DNA from: Nannocystis bainbridge
GTDB lineage: Bacteria > Myxococcota_A > Polyangia > Nannocystales > Nannocystaceae
DNA length: 64,000 nucleotides
Assembly (NCBI RefSeq): GCF_028368995.1
Contig: NZ_JAQNDL010000001.1
Coordinates: forward strand, 576,001-640,000
Reading direction: 5' to 3'
The notes below the pieces were generated by a model. The model did no database searches. It had not been told where the DNA came from and worked only from the letters and a program-made list of their open reading frames with translations. Made by a program: the position numbers and the translations under genes. Below are positions 18,532-30,665 of the stretch, piece after piece; the stretch's first letter is position 1, and every line of letters begins with the position of its first letter.

Positions 18532-19040
18532 ATGCTCGAGCCCCCCTGCGCTGCGCTCCCGGCCTCGACCTTCCCGCAGCGGTGGCTGCTGGCCTATCTG
18601 CTGCTCTACGTCGCCCCCTTCCCGCTGAACTACATCCCCGGCCTCGACATGCTGGTGGCGGTCCCCGGCGTCGCGTGGCAGGCCGTGGTGACATGGGTCG
18701 GCGCGGTGGTGTTCGCGGTCGAGGCGGTCCCCCGCGCCACCGGCAGCGGGGACACCATGTTCGACTACGTGCAATTGGTCTGCCTCGCCGTGATCGCCAT
18801 TCCGCTGGCCGCGGCCTGGCCGGCCCGGCTGGGCCGCGGCGTCGCCTGGGACCGCCTGCTCGACCGCACCCGCGCCTATCTGCGGCTCTACCTCGGCTGC
18901 TACCTCCTGGTCTACGGCCTCTGCAAGGCCATCCCGACCCAGTTCCCGCCGCCCGGCCCCGATCGGCTGATCGTCCCCTATGGTGATTCATCGCCGATGG
19001 GCCTGCTATGGACATTCATGGGCCAGAGCCCCGCGTACGT
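18532..19040 (+). pseudogene. 5' fragment of a DoxX-like membrane protein, truncated after ...LLWTFMGQSPAY
   Basis: TGSGDT, YG..K..P.QFP.P, YGDSSPMGLLWTFMG motifs; the frame then runs into Arg-rich junk. Confidence 0.6.
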
Positions 19041-19207
19041 CGCCGATGGGCGTCGGCCTCGACGACGACTGCAACGACTGGAGCGGCGGCCCCTTCCAGG
19101 CGGAGGTCGGCGAGTGCAGCGTCAAGGACGGCCGCTGGACCCTCGGCTGCGGCCTGCACTCGTGCAACCTGACCGCGCACCTCTACTGCGTCGAGCAGGG
19201 CCTGTGA
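19041..19207 (+). pseudogene. Orphan 3' fragment of a Cys-rich DUF1554-like myxobacterial secreted protein
   Basis: In a different frame: DDDCNDWS...RWT..C...SCNLTAHLYCVEQGL*, with coding-like GC3 and no convincing start. Confidence 0.5.
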
Positions 19208-19277
19208 CGCCCGGCTGCGGGCGATCGGTCCCGCGGTGAAGCGCGCCCCTGCGGACGCGCGAGCGGTGACGCGCCCG

Positions 19278-19603
19278 CAGACTTGCGGATGCGCTGCCGT
19301 CACGTCGCGCGAGCGGCCGGCGGGCGCAGCGGCAGCGCGCTCACAGATTTGCGGACGCGCCGCCCTCCCGTCCCGCGAGCGGCCGGCGTCCGCCGCAACA
19401 GCCCTCACAGATTGCGGACGCGCTGCCCTCCCGTCCTGCTAGCGGCCGGGGTCCGCAGCGACAGCGCGCCCGTCGAGTCACGGACGCGCCGCCTCCCGTC
19501 CCGCGAGCGGCCGGCGTCCGCAGCGACAGCGCGCTCACAGATTTACGTACGCGCGGCCCTCACGTCGCGCGAGCGGCCGGCGTGCGCAGCGGCGGCGGCG
19601 GCA
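19278..19603. repeat. Five imperfect ~65-bp tandem repeats; the last overlaps the reductase stop codon
   Basis: Units (CAGATT..GGACGCGC..CGTC.CGCGAGCGGCCGGCG..CGCAGCG) starting near 19278, 19344, 19408, 19474 and 19538. Confidence 0.85.
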
Positions 19604-20561
19604 TCTCGGCGGTCAGGAACGCGTCGGCGCTGATGTCCTTGAGCCCGGCGCCGCGCAGGAAGCTCTGCTTCTTCAACGCAGTGACCCGGTCGGGGCTGCC
19701 GCACAGGAACACCCGCCAGCCCTTCAGGTTCGGGAACAGCCGCTGCGTCACCTGGGCCAGGTCGCCGACCTCGATCTCGCCGCCTGTCTCTCCGGACATG
19801 GCGCATCGGACATAGCTGAAAGCTCCTGTCCCATCGGACATGCCCTTGAGCTCGTCCACCAGGTAGAACCCGTCCGGGTCGCGGGCCCCGTGGACCAGCG
19901 AGATCGGCCCGGTGTGGCCGCGGCGGCGGGCGTCGTGGACGATCGCGCGCAGCGGCGCCAGGCCGGTGCCGGTGCCGACCAGCAGCATCGGCTGCTCGGG
20001 CCGGCCCTCGGTGTAGAAGCACGTTCCGGCCGGGCCGCGCAGGCCGACGCGGGTCCCGGGGGCCGCCGCCGCCAGCCAGCGGCTGACCCGGCCCAACCTG
20101 TGCACGCGCACGTGCAGCTCGAGCGCGCGCCCGTCGGCCGGCGAGCTCGCCAGCGAGTAGGCGCGGACATGGTCGCCCTGGATCAGCTGCACGTATTGAC
20201 CTGGCCGATAGGACAGGTCCTCGTCGGGCTCGAGGCGGACCCGCACGATCGCCGGGCCGATCGGCGCGACCTCGGCGATCGTCGCCCCGATCGCCGGCGG
20301 CGGGCCCTCCTCGATCACCAGCTCGCCGGTCGGGCGGGCCATGCACGACAGGAACCACCCCTGCTCGCGCAGCGCCGGGGCCAGGCCCTGCTGCGCCGCG
20401 GCCCCGGGGTCGCCCGCGACCGCGCGCAGCATGCAGGCCTGGCAGGCCCCGGCGCGGCACGAAGAAGGGACCGCGACGCCGCCGCGGAGCAGGCCCTCGA
20501 GCGCCGTCTCACCTGGCTCGAGGGCCAGGTCGAGGTTACCGCGACGGATCCGCCCGGTCAT
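19560..20561 (-). CDS. [2Fe-2S] ferredoxin / FAD / NAD(P)H oxidoreductase
   Basis: SCRAGACQAC...LSC, RAYSLAS, GTGTGLAP, FLCG motifs. Confidence 0.9.
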   Translation of the reverse strand: MTGRIRRGNLDLALEPGETALEGLLRGGVAVPSSCRAGACQACMLRAVAGDPGAAAQQGLAPALREQGWFLSCMARPTGELVIEEGPPPAIGATIAEVAPIGPAIVRVRLEPDEDLSYRPGQYVQLIQGDHVRAYSLASSPADGRALELHVRVHRLGRVSRWLAAAAPGTRVGLRGPAGTCFYTEGRPEQPMLLVGTGTGLAPLRAIVHDARRRGHTGPISLVHGARDPDGFYLVDELKGMSDGTGAFSYVRCAMSGETGGEIEVGDLAQVTQRLFPNLKGWRVFLCGSPDRVTALKKQSFLRGAGLKDISADAFLTAEMPPPPLRTPAARAT

Positions 20562-20564
20562 GGC

Positions 20565-20942
20565 TCACACCGCCGGATCGCGGCCGAGGACGTCGTTGCG
20601 GACCGACTCGGCGATCGCGCCGACGCGGGCGATCTTCGCGTCGTCGACCCCGAGCTCCTTGAGCGTGCCGGCGAGGTGACCGACGACCGCGTCGAAGTGG
20701 CTGTCGTCGATGCCCTCGGCCACCAGGTGGGCGTGCGCGCGGCGCATGTCGCGGCCCGAGTAGTGCGCCGGCCCGCCGGTCACCATGGTCAGGAACGCCT
20801 TCTGCTTGGCCGCCTGGCGCTCCATGTCGACGTCGTCGAAGAAGGGGGCCAACCTCTCGTCAGCCATGACCTTGCGGTAGAAAATATCGACCGCGGCGTC
20901 CATCGCCACAGCCCCACCAATCTCGTCGTAAAGGCTCGTCAT
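20565..20942 (-). CDS. Group I truncated hemoglobin
   Basis: SLYDEIGG, FYRKV..D..LAPFF, Q..FL....GGP..YSGRDM..AH, HFDAV; ATG at 20942. Confidence 0.92.
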   Translation of the reverse strand: MTSLYDEIGGAVAMDAAVDIFYRKVMADERLAPFFDDVDMERQAAKQKAFLTMVTGGPAHYSGRDMRRAHAHLVAEGIDDSHFDAVVGHLAGTLKELGVDDAKIARVGAIAESVRNDVLGRDPAV

Positions 20943-20975
20943 CGCTCTCTTGCTCCCTCCGGCAGCGCGCCGGAA

Positions 20976-20998
20976 AAGTTGTATTCTTGGTACGTATT
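20976..20998. promoter_or_regulatory. Candidate NsrR operator
   Basis: AAGTTGTATTC-T-TGGTACGTATT resembles the 11-1-11 NsrR consensus AAGATGYATTT-N-AAATRCATCTT; lies between the divergent nsrR and globin genes. Confidence 0.6.
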
Positions 20999-21024
20999 TT
21001 CTGTCCCCGAGGCCAGCGCAAATC

Positions 21025-21504
21025 ATGCAGCTCACCCAGTTCACCGACTACGCTTTGCGCACGCTCCTCTACCTGGCGGTGCACCGGGACCGACTGGTGC
21101 CGGTCGCCGAGATCAGTGCCGCCTACGGGATCTCGAACCACCACCTGGTCAAAGTCGCGCACCAGCTCGCGCGCCTCGGCCACGTCGAGTCGGCGCGCGG
21201 TCGCGGCGGCGGCCTGCGGCTCGCGCGCGACCCGGCCGACGTGACCGTGGGTGAGGTGGTCCGCGCCACCGAGCCGCATTTCCACGTGGTCGAGTGCTTC
21301 GACGCCGACCACAACGCGTGCCCCATCGTGCCGGCATGCGGCCTCATGCGCACGCTGGCGCAGGCGCGTGAGCGCTTCCTCGAGGTCCTCGACAGCCAGC
21401 GGCTGGCCGACCTCGTGCAGGACCCGGTCCGCGTCGACAAGCTGGTCACCATCTGGAAGCGCACCGGCAGCGCCACGCGCCGCCAATTGGCCTCCCCGGA
21501 GTGA
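21025..21504 (+). CDS. nsrR: Rrf2-family regulator, NsrR-like
   Basis: MQLTQFTDYALRTL, NHHLVKV, RGRGGG, and three Cys (ECF..NAC..AC) for an Fe-S cluster. Confidence 0.85.
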   Translation: MQLTQFTDYALRTLLYLAVHRDRLVPVAEISAAYGISNHHLVKVAHQLARLGHVESARGRGGGLRLARDPADVTVGEVVRATEPHFHVVECFDADHNACPIVPACGLMRTLAQARERFLEVLDSQRLADLVQDPVRVDKLVTIWKRTGSATRRQLASPE

Positions 21505-21524
21505 TGGGTCTATATCCGGGCGCC

Positions 21525-22760
21525 ATGACCCGCACGCTCGCCACCGCCGCCGAAGCCCCCGTCCTGCCGCGGATCCTGCTGCGCGACGGCGAGGCGGTGA
21601 CGGCCCCGGTCCCGGCCGCGCCGGCGCGCACGGGGGCGGCGGCGGCGACGGAGCGGCCCCTGCGGGTGGTGATCGCCGGCGGCGGCACCGGCGGGCACTT
21701 GTTCCCCGGCATCGCCCTCGCCGAGGAGATCCGGGCCCGCGGCGGCGAGGTCCATTTCGTCGGCACCGCCCGCGGCATCGAGGCCCGCGCGGTGCCCGAG
21801 AGCGGGTATGCGCTCGAGCTGATCGACGTCGCCGGCATCAAGGGCCGCGGCCTCGCGGGCCTGGTGCGCGGGCTGCTGCGCCTGCCGCGGGCCTGGCTGC
21901 AGAGCCTCCGCCTGCTCCGCCGCCTGCGCCCCGACGTGGTCGTCGGCGTCGGCGGCTACGCCTCGGGCCCGGTGGTCGCGACCGCGTCGATGCTGCGGAT
22001 CCCGACCGCCATCCTCGAGCAGAACAGCATCCCCGGGATCACCAACCGGATCCTGTCTCGCCTGGTGCGCAAGGTGTTCTGCACCTTCCCCGACGTCCGC
22101 GGCCGCTTCCCCGCGCCCAAGGTCGTGCTGGCCGGCAACCCGATCCGCCGCCAGATCCTCGGCCAGCTCGTCGCCGCCGGCGAGACCACCGCCGCCGCCG
22201 CCGCGGCCACGCCGCACGGCCCGCGCCTGTTCGTGTTCGGCGGCTCGCAGGGCGCCCGGGCCATCAACGACGCCGTCCTGGCCGCCCTGCCCGGCCTGCT
22301 GGAGCGGCTGCCGAACCTCGAGATCTGGCACCAGACCGGCAAGGGCGACGAGGCGCGGGTACGCGACGGCTACGCCGCGCTCGGCCTCGGCGAGCCGCGC
22401 GCGCGCGTGGCCGCCTTCCTCAAGGACATGGCCGCGCCCTACGCCTGGTGCGACCTGGTGCTGTGCCGCGCCGGCGCCACCTCGCTGTCGGAGCTCACCG
22501 CGGTCGGCAAGCCCGCGGTGCTGGTGCCCTTCCCGCACGCGACCGACAACCATCAGGAGTGGAACGCCCGCGCGCTGGTCGACGCCGGCGGCGCGCTGCT
22601 GATGCGCGAGTCGGAGTGGACGCCCGAGGCGCTGACCGGCGCGCTCGCCGGTCTGCTCGCGGCGCCGGAGCGCCTCTACGACATGAGCAACGCCATGCGC
22701 ACCGCGGCCCGGCCCGAGGCGGCGCGCACGATCGTCGACGCCATGAGCGCGTGGCGGTGA
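21525..22760 (+). CDS. murG: Lipid I N-acetylglucosaminyltransferase
   Basis: GGGTGGH, GGYAS, EQN, GNPIR, GGSQGA, RAGATS, DNHQ..NA. Start uncertain. Confidence 0.92.
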   Translation: MTRTLATAAEAPVLPRILLRDGEAVTAPVPAAPARTGAAAATERPLRVVIAGGGTGGHLFPGIALAEEIRARGGEVHFVGTARGIEARAVPESGYALELIDVAGIKGRGLAGLVRGLLRLPRAWLQSLRLLRRLRPDVVVGVGGYASGPVVATASMLRIPTAILEQNSIPGITNRILSRLVRKVFCTFPDVRGRFPAPKVVLAGNPIRRQILGQLVAAGETTAAAAAATPHGPRLFVFGGSQGARAINDAVLAALPGLLERLPNLEIWHQTGKGDEARVRDGYAALGLGEPRARVAAFLKDMAAPYAWCDLVLCRAGATSLSELTAVGKPAVLVPFPHATDNHQEWNARALVDAGGALLMRESEWTPEALTGALAGLLAAPERLYDMSNAMRTAARPEAARTIVDAMSAWR

Positions 22761-22826
22761 GTGCCCAAACTCTCGCCTGCGGGGCCTGAGGGCCCGGGGA
22801 GCGCGCGGCTACTATGCGCTCCGCCG

Positions 22827-25730
<2,904 letters not shown>

Positions 25731-25880
25731 CGCGGAGCGCCGCGCAGGCGCCCCTCGTCTGCGCCCGCGACCGATCGCCGCTGCGGCCCCGCGACCTCCG
25801 TGCCTCCCGGCGCGGAGGTCGTTCGCGTCTCTGCTTCGCGCGTTGACCGTCGCGCAGCAGGACGGTAAGCCTGGCCCGTC

Positions 25881-27038
25881 GTGCTCACCGACTTCCAGAT
25901 CAAGAACTTCAAGTCTCTCCGCGACCTCCGGCTCGAGCCGGGCCGCGTGACGGTGCTGGTCGGCGACAACGGGTCCGGCAAGAGCAACATCCTCGAGGCG
26001 ATCGCGTTCGCCGGCGCCGCGCTGGCCGACAAGCTCGACCACGAGTTCCTCGCCAGCCGGGGCATCCGCGCCGCCGATCCGCGATGGATGCGGGCGGCCT
26101 TCGGCGCCGACGACGACACCAAGATCGAGGTCCGCGTGGCTCACGGCGCCGAGCGGGTCGGCTTTCACGTCGAGACCTCGGCGTCGCGCCGCAGCTTCTG
26201 GAAGCTGGTCGTGACCGAGCGGAGCATGCGCTCGCCCAAGGAGACGCTGCTGCTCGACAGCTTCCGCGCGGCCTTCAAGTCGGTGATTCAGGACGAGGAC
26301 GAGCGAATCAGCGACGCGGAGCTGGCGGAGTTCGTCGACGGCCGCCTGGCCCAGATCTTCCTCCTCAACTTCGAGCCGCTGAAGTCGTTCCTGATCTACG
26401 CGCCGGAGACGGCGGCGCTGCGCAGCTTCGCCCAGGAGGGCCAGATCCTGCCGCTCGGGGTCCGCGGCGAGGGCCTGTTCTCGCTGCTGAAGACGCTGGC
26501 CGCCGACGCGCCGCGCCTGGCCGAGCTGAAGGAGCTGCTGCACCTGGTCGACTGGTTCGCCGACCTCGAGGTCGGCGCCGCGCTGGCGCCGTACGAGCGG
26601 ACCCTGCAGCTCCGCGACCGCTATCTCGCCGCCGGCAACCCGCTGGCGGCGTTCGATCAGCGCAGCGCCAATGGCGGGTTCCTGTTCCTGCTGTTCGCCT
26701 TCGCCGTGGTCCTCAGCCCCGACACGCCGAAGCTGTTCGCCATCGACGACATCGACGCGGCCCTCGATCCGCGCCTGCGCGCCGAGCTGATCCGGCAGCT
26801 CCTGGCGCTCGCGGCCCGCCACGGCAAGCAGATCGTGGTGACCACCCACGACCCCGCGATCGTCGAGTCGCTCGACCTGCACGACCCCGACTTGCGGCTC
26901 TACACGGTGCAGCGCGACGCGCAGGGGCACACGCAGGTGACGCGGGTCCGCGCGGCCCAGCCGGCCGAGGCCCCGCCGACGCACGAGCTGTCGGAGGCGT
27001 TCCGCCGCGTGGTCCTCGAAGTGCCACCGAGCGCCTGA
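25881..27038 (+). CDS. ABC-type/AAA_21-like ATPase
   Basis: NFKS, GDNGSGKSN Walker A, FAIDDID Walker B, TTH H-loop; no membrane segment. Confidence 0.8.
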   Translation: MLTDFQIKNFKSLRDLRLEPGRVTVLVGDNGSGKSNILEAIAFAGAALADKLDHEFLASRGIRAADPRWMRAAFGADDDTKIEVRVAHGAERVGFHVETSASRRSFWKLVVTERSMRSPKETLLLDSFRAAFKSVIQDEDERISDAELAEFVDGRLAQIFLLNFEPLKSFLIYAPETAALRSFAQEGQILPLGVRGEGLFSLLKTLAADAPRLAELKELLHLVDWFADLEVGAALAPYERTLQLRDRYLAAGNPLAAFDQRSANGGFLFLLFAFAVVLSPDTPKLFAIDDIDAALDPRLRAELIRQLLALAARHGKQIVVTTHDPAIVESLDLHDPDLRLYTVQRDAQGHTQVTRVRAAQPAEAPPTHELSEAFRRVVLEVPPSA

Positions 27039-27163
27039 GGCAGCGCATGCACGAGACCCCGAGCTCCGTGGCCGCGCGCGCGAGCGCCAGTCGCCGGTGG
27101 CGTGCTGCACAGGCTGCGAGCGACGCGACCTCCGGCCGCGCGGCCCGGCACATAATCGCCGGG

Positions 27164-29104
27164 ATGCGCCGTAGCCTCGCGTCCCTGCCCTTCGTCGCCG
27201 TCCTCGAGCTCGCCTGCGCCCACGGCCCTCGTTCGCCGGCCTCGCCCCGGGCCCTCCTCGTGGCCGGCGAGGCCGCGCGCAGCGGGCCCGCGCTGGCGAT
27301 CCACGACGTGCCGCCGGCGGTGTTCGTCGACGCCAAGCGGGCGCAGAAGCTCGCGGCCGTGCTGCCGAAGATCCACGACGTCGTCGCCGGCATCGTCGCC
27401 GACGATCGCCTCATCGGCCTGGCCGTCGGCGTCGTCGTCGACGGCCAGCTGGTGTTCGGCGAGGGCTTCGGCGTGCGCAACGTCGACGAGGGCGGCGCGG
27501 TCGACATCCACACCGCCTTCCGGATCGGCTCGATCACCAAGGTGTTCTCCGGCATGACCGCGCTGCGCCTGGGCGACGAGGGATTGCTCGACCTCGACGC
27601 GCCCGCGGCGAACGTGCTGCCCGAGCTGGCCACCCTCGTCTATCCCAGCGCCGACGCGCGGCCGATGACGGTCCGCGACATCCTCACCCACACGGCCGGC
27701 CTGCCGCGCGACCCCGACCTGCCGCTGAGCGGCGGCGGCCAGCCGCACACCCGCGACGCGGTGATGCAGGCGATCGACGGGCTGTCGCTGGTGCGCCCGC
27801 CGGGCATCGGCTCCGAGTACTCGAACCTCGGCTTCGTGCTGCTCGGCCACGTGCTCGCCGCGGCCGGCGGCGAGCCGTTCGGCGACGTCATCCGCGACCT
27901 CGTGCTGCAGCCGCTCGGCATGCACGAGACGGTGTGGCAGGCGAGCGACCTCCCGGCCGGGCAGCGCACGCGCGGGCACGCGGTCGTCGACGGCAAGGTC
28001 GTCGCCACCACCTCGGGCGGTCACAGTGCGCTGAGCGCCGCCGGCGGGCTGTGGTCGACCGTGGCCGACATGGCCCGCTTCGTCGCCTTCCAGCTCGACG
28101 CCTGGCCGCCGCGCGGCGACGCCGAGAGCGGCCCGCTCGCGCGCTCGACCGTGCGCGAGGCCCAGCGGCTCCGCGCGCTCCGCAGCTTCCGCGCGCGCAC
28201 CACCGCCGACGAGGCCGCGGCCGGCGGCATCGAGGGCGGCGCCTCGGGCGTGGGCTTCCCGTGGAGCGTCGGCCACAACTGCGAGGCCGCGTACGTGGTC
28301 GGCCACAACGGCGCGCTCGAGGGCTACTTCGCGACGATCCGACTGTTCCCGCACGCGGGCGTCGGCGTCATCGTGCTCGCCAACGCGGGCTGGACGGACA
28401 CCGACGGGATCGCGGTCCAGATCCAGCGCGTACTGGCCGCGGGCGGGGTGCTGGCGAACCGCGCGCCGCAAGCCCTGCCGGCGCTGGGCGAGGCGGCGCA
28501 GCGGATCGTCGATCTGTTCCCGGCGTGGGACCCGGCGAAGTTCGGCGAGTGGAGCACGCACGGCTGGACGGCCGCCGGCAACGCCAAGCTGCTGGCCGCC
28601 GAGATGACGTGGCTGCACGCGGGCCTCGGCGCCTGCACGCTCGGCGGGCTCAAGCGCGCGACGAGCCCGTGGTCGGGCGTGTACCGGGCGAAATGCGAGC
28701 ACGGCGACGCCGAGCTGACGGTCAACCTGACCAGCGCGAAGACGCCGAAGATCGCCAGCGTCACGCTGGCGTGGCTGGCCGGCACGCCGGCGCCCGAGCT
28801 GCAAGCGCTGGCCGAGGCCGCGGCGCCGCAGCTGGCCCAGTTCGACGAGGCCGGCTTCCTGACCAGCTTCTCGCCCGGCTTCCGCCGCTCGACGCTGCGC
28901 CACACGATCGCCGACACCCAGTTCGAGCACGGCACCTGCGTGCTCGACAAGCCGCTCGAGGTCCGCGGCCCGCGCGAGGCGACCTACGCCCTCAAGTGCG
29001 ACAAGGGCACCGCGAAGCTGTCGCTGACGATCGACCGCGGGCAGCCGGCGCAGATCGTGTCGTTCAGCGTGGCGTCGACCGGCGCGCTGCCGACCTGCCG
29101 CTGA
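27164..29104 (+). CDS. Serine hydrolase, beta-lactamase/class C-like lipoprotein with C-terminal extension
   Basis: FRIGSITK (SxxK), LTHTAG, YSN, HNG; N-terminal LELAC. Confidence 0.85.
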   Translation: MRRSLASLPFVAVLELACAHGPRSPASPRALLVAGEAARSGPALAIHDVPPAVFVDAKRAQKLAAVLPKIHDVVAGIVADDRLIGLAVGVVVDGQLVFGEGFGVRNVDEGGAVDIHTAFRIGSITKVFSGMTALRLGDEGLLDLDAPAANVLPELATLVYPSADARPMTVRDILTHTAGLPRDPDLPLSGGGQPHTRDAVMQAIDGLSLVRPPGIGSEYSNLGFVLLGHVLAAAGGEPFGDVIRDLVLQPLGMHETVWQASDLPAGQRTRGHAVVDGKVVATTSGGHSALSAAGGLWSTVADMARFVAFQLDAWPPRGDAESGPLARSTVREAQRLRALRSFRARTTADEAAAGGIEGGASGVGFPWSVGHNCEAAYVVGHNGALEGYFATIRLFPHAGVGVIVLANAGWTDTDGIAVQIQRVLAAGGVLANRAPQALPALGEAAQRIVDLFPAWDPAKFGEWSTHGWTAAGNAKLLAAEMTWLHAGLGACTLGGLKRATSPWSGVYRAKCEHGDAELTVNLTSAKTPKIASVTLAWLAGTPAPELQALAEAAAPQLAQFDEAGFLTSFSPGFRRSTLRHTIADTQFEHGTCVLDKPLEVRGPREATYALKCDKGTAKLSLTIDRGQPAQIVSFSVASTGALPTCR

Positions 29105-29223
29105 GCGGCCCATCGCGCGTGCTCGCGTTCGCGGACGGCGACGATCGCCGGATGCGAGCATTCGCGGGACGCCGAACGCTCACCGGAGCGAAATCAAGGG
29201 TGCTCACATTCGCGGACGCCCGC

Positions 29224-29381
29224 CGCTCGCCGGAGCGAGATCAGGGTGCGGGCAATCGCGGACGCCGAACCCTCCCCCGCTCGCCGATGACCGTCGCTCG
29301 CGCTCGCGAAGCGCTCGCCGGAGCGAGATCAGGGTGCGGGCAATCGCGGACGCCGAACCCTCCCCCGCTCGCCGATGACCG
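29224..29381. repeat. 70-bp exact direct repeat (29224-29293, 29312-29381) with degenerate partial copies upstream
   Basis: CGCTCGCCGGAGCGAGATCAGGGTGCGGGCAATCGCGGACGCCGAACCCTCCCCCGCTCGCCGATGACCG occurs twice, between convergent genes. Confidence 0.88.
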
Positions 29382-29527
29382 ACGCTCGCCACTCGTCGGA
29401 GCTCACAGGCCTTCACCTTCGCGGACGCGACCGGCGCTGCTGCCCACATTCGTTCGCGCGCCTGAAACGGCGAAGCGCCGGCGCGCCGTGAGGCACGCCG
29501 ACGCTCCTGCGGATTCACCGGGCGAGA

Positions 29528-30460
29528 TCAGTTGCAGGTCGGGGCGACCTGGCCGTCGGAGCCGGTGTTGATATACGCGTCGGACACGTAGCCCGTGCCG
29601 ATGAAGTCCCACAGCTTGGTGGTGCCGAACGTGCCGGTCACCGAGGTGCCGTTCTTCTGGCAGGTGATCGTCACCTTGGCGCCGTTGGCGACCGAGCCGA
29701 CCGCCGTCCCGCTGGTGCTCGGGGTCGAGCGCACGGTCAGCGGCAGGCCGCTGGTGGAGACCGTGCCGGTGACGCCGCCGCTGCCGCCGCCGCTGCACTT
29801 GTTCTTGCTGGTGTAGTTCTTGGTGCCGAAGAACAGCGCGGTCGAGCCGTTGAACACCGGCTTCTGCGCGGTCCCGTTCAGGCGCTGCTCGTAGTGGAGG
29901 TGCGGGCCCGACGAGCCGCCGGTGCTGCCCACGGTGCCGATCTTCTGGCCCTGGCTGACGCTCTGGCCGACCGTCACGCTCTGCGAGTTGAGGTGGGCGT
30001 AGCGGGTGCGGTAGCCGCCGCCGTGATCGATCTCGACCCACTTGCCGTAGCTCGTGGCGCCCTCGTTGGCCACGCGGCTGACCTTGCCCGCCGCGGCCGC
30101 CACCACCGGATCGTTTACGTCGTCGGTGCGGTTGAAGTCGACCGAGTTGACCGGGCTGTGATTGGTGCGGGTCTGGCCGGCCCACACCTGGCCGCACGGG
30201 AACGGCAGCTGGAACGCCGGCGCCAGGCTGACCTCGGTCTGCGCGGCGAGGTCCTCGAGCGCGTCGAACTCGGCGGCCTCCTCACCGGCGGGCGGGCCCG
30301 CGTCCCACCACTCCTCGTCGCCGAAGAAGCCGGCCGGATCGAGCTCGGCCTCCTCGGCGGTCATGTCCTCGATACAGCCGCCGAGAGCGACGGACAGGGT
30401 GCCAGCGAGCGCCAGCGAGAAGAGGTTGCGATGGGCGAACACGGAGGCGAGTCGGGTCAT
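29528..30460 (-). CDS. M23-family metallopeptidase with C-terminal SH3b-like domain, lipoprotein
   Basis: H..VDF, YAHL, GSTG.SSGPHLHYE; LTVRSTPST...GYVSDAYI; lipobox LGGC. Confidence 0.88.
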   Translation of the reverse strand: MTRLASVFAHRNLFSLALAGTLSVALGGCIEDMTAEEAELDPAGFFGDEEWWDAGPPAGEEAAEFDALEDLAAQTEVSLAPAFQLPFPCGQVWAGQTRTNHSPVNSVDFNRTDDVNDPVVAAAAGKVSRVANEGATSYGKWVEIDHGGGYRTRYAHLNSQSVTVGQSVSQGQKIGTVGSTGGSSGPHLHYEQRLNGTAQKPVFNGSTALFFGTKNYTSKNKCSGGGSGGVTGTVSTSGLPLTVRSTPSTSGTAVGSVANGAKVTITCQKNGTSVTGTFGTTKLWDFIGTGYVSDAYINTGSDGQVAPTCN

Positions 30461-30665
30461 GTCGGGGTCCTTCGCGGGCGAGACAAAGAGGGCGAACGTG
30501 GAGTCGGTCTCCACACGCAGAGCCGCCGGTCCAGCGGCTCCGAACGTCGTCCTGTCGAGTAACCCGGCCCCGATTTTCGATCACCGAAGTCGACCGCGCC
30601 GCAAACACCGCGAGCGCTCGCAGGCGCGCCCACGCGTGCGCCCCGCGAACCTCGCTGCGCTCGAC

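Noticed and set aside
27164-29104. Bona fide beta-lactam resistance gene
   Set aside because: SxxK, YxN and HxG motifs are shared by many esterases and peptidases; substrate cannot be inferred.
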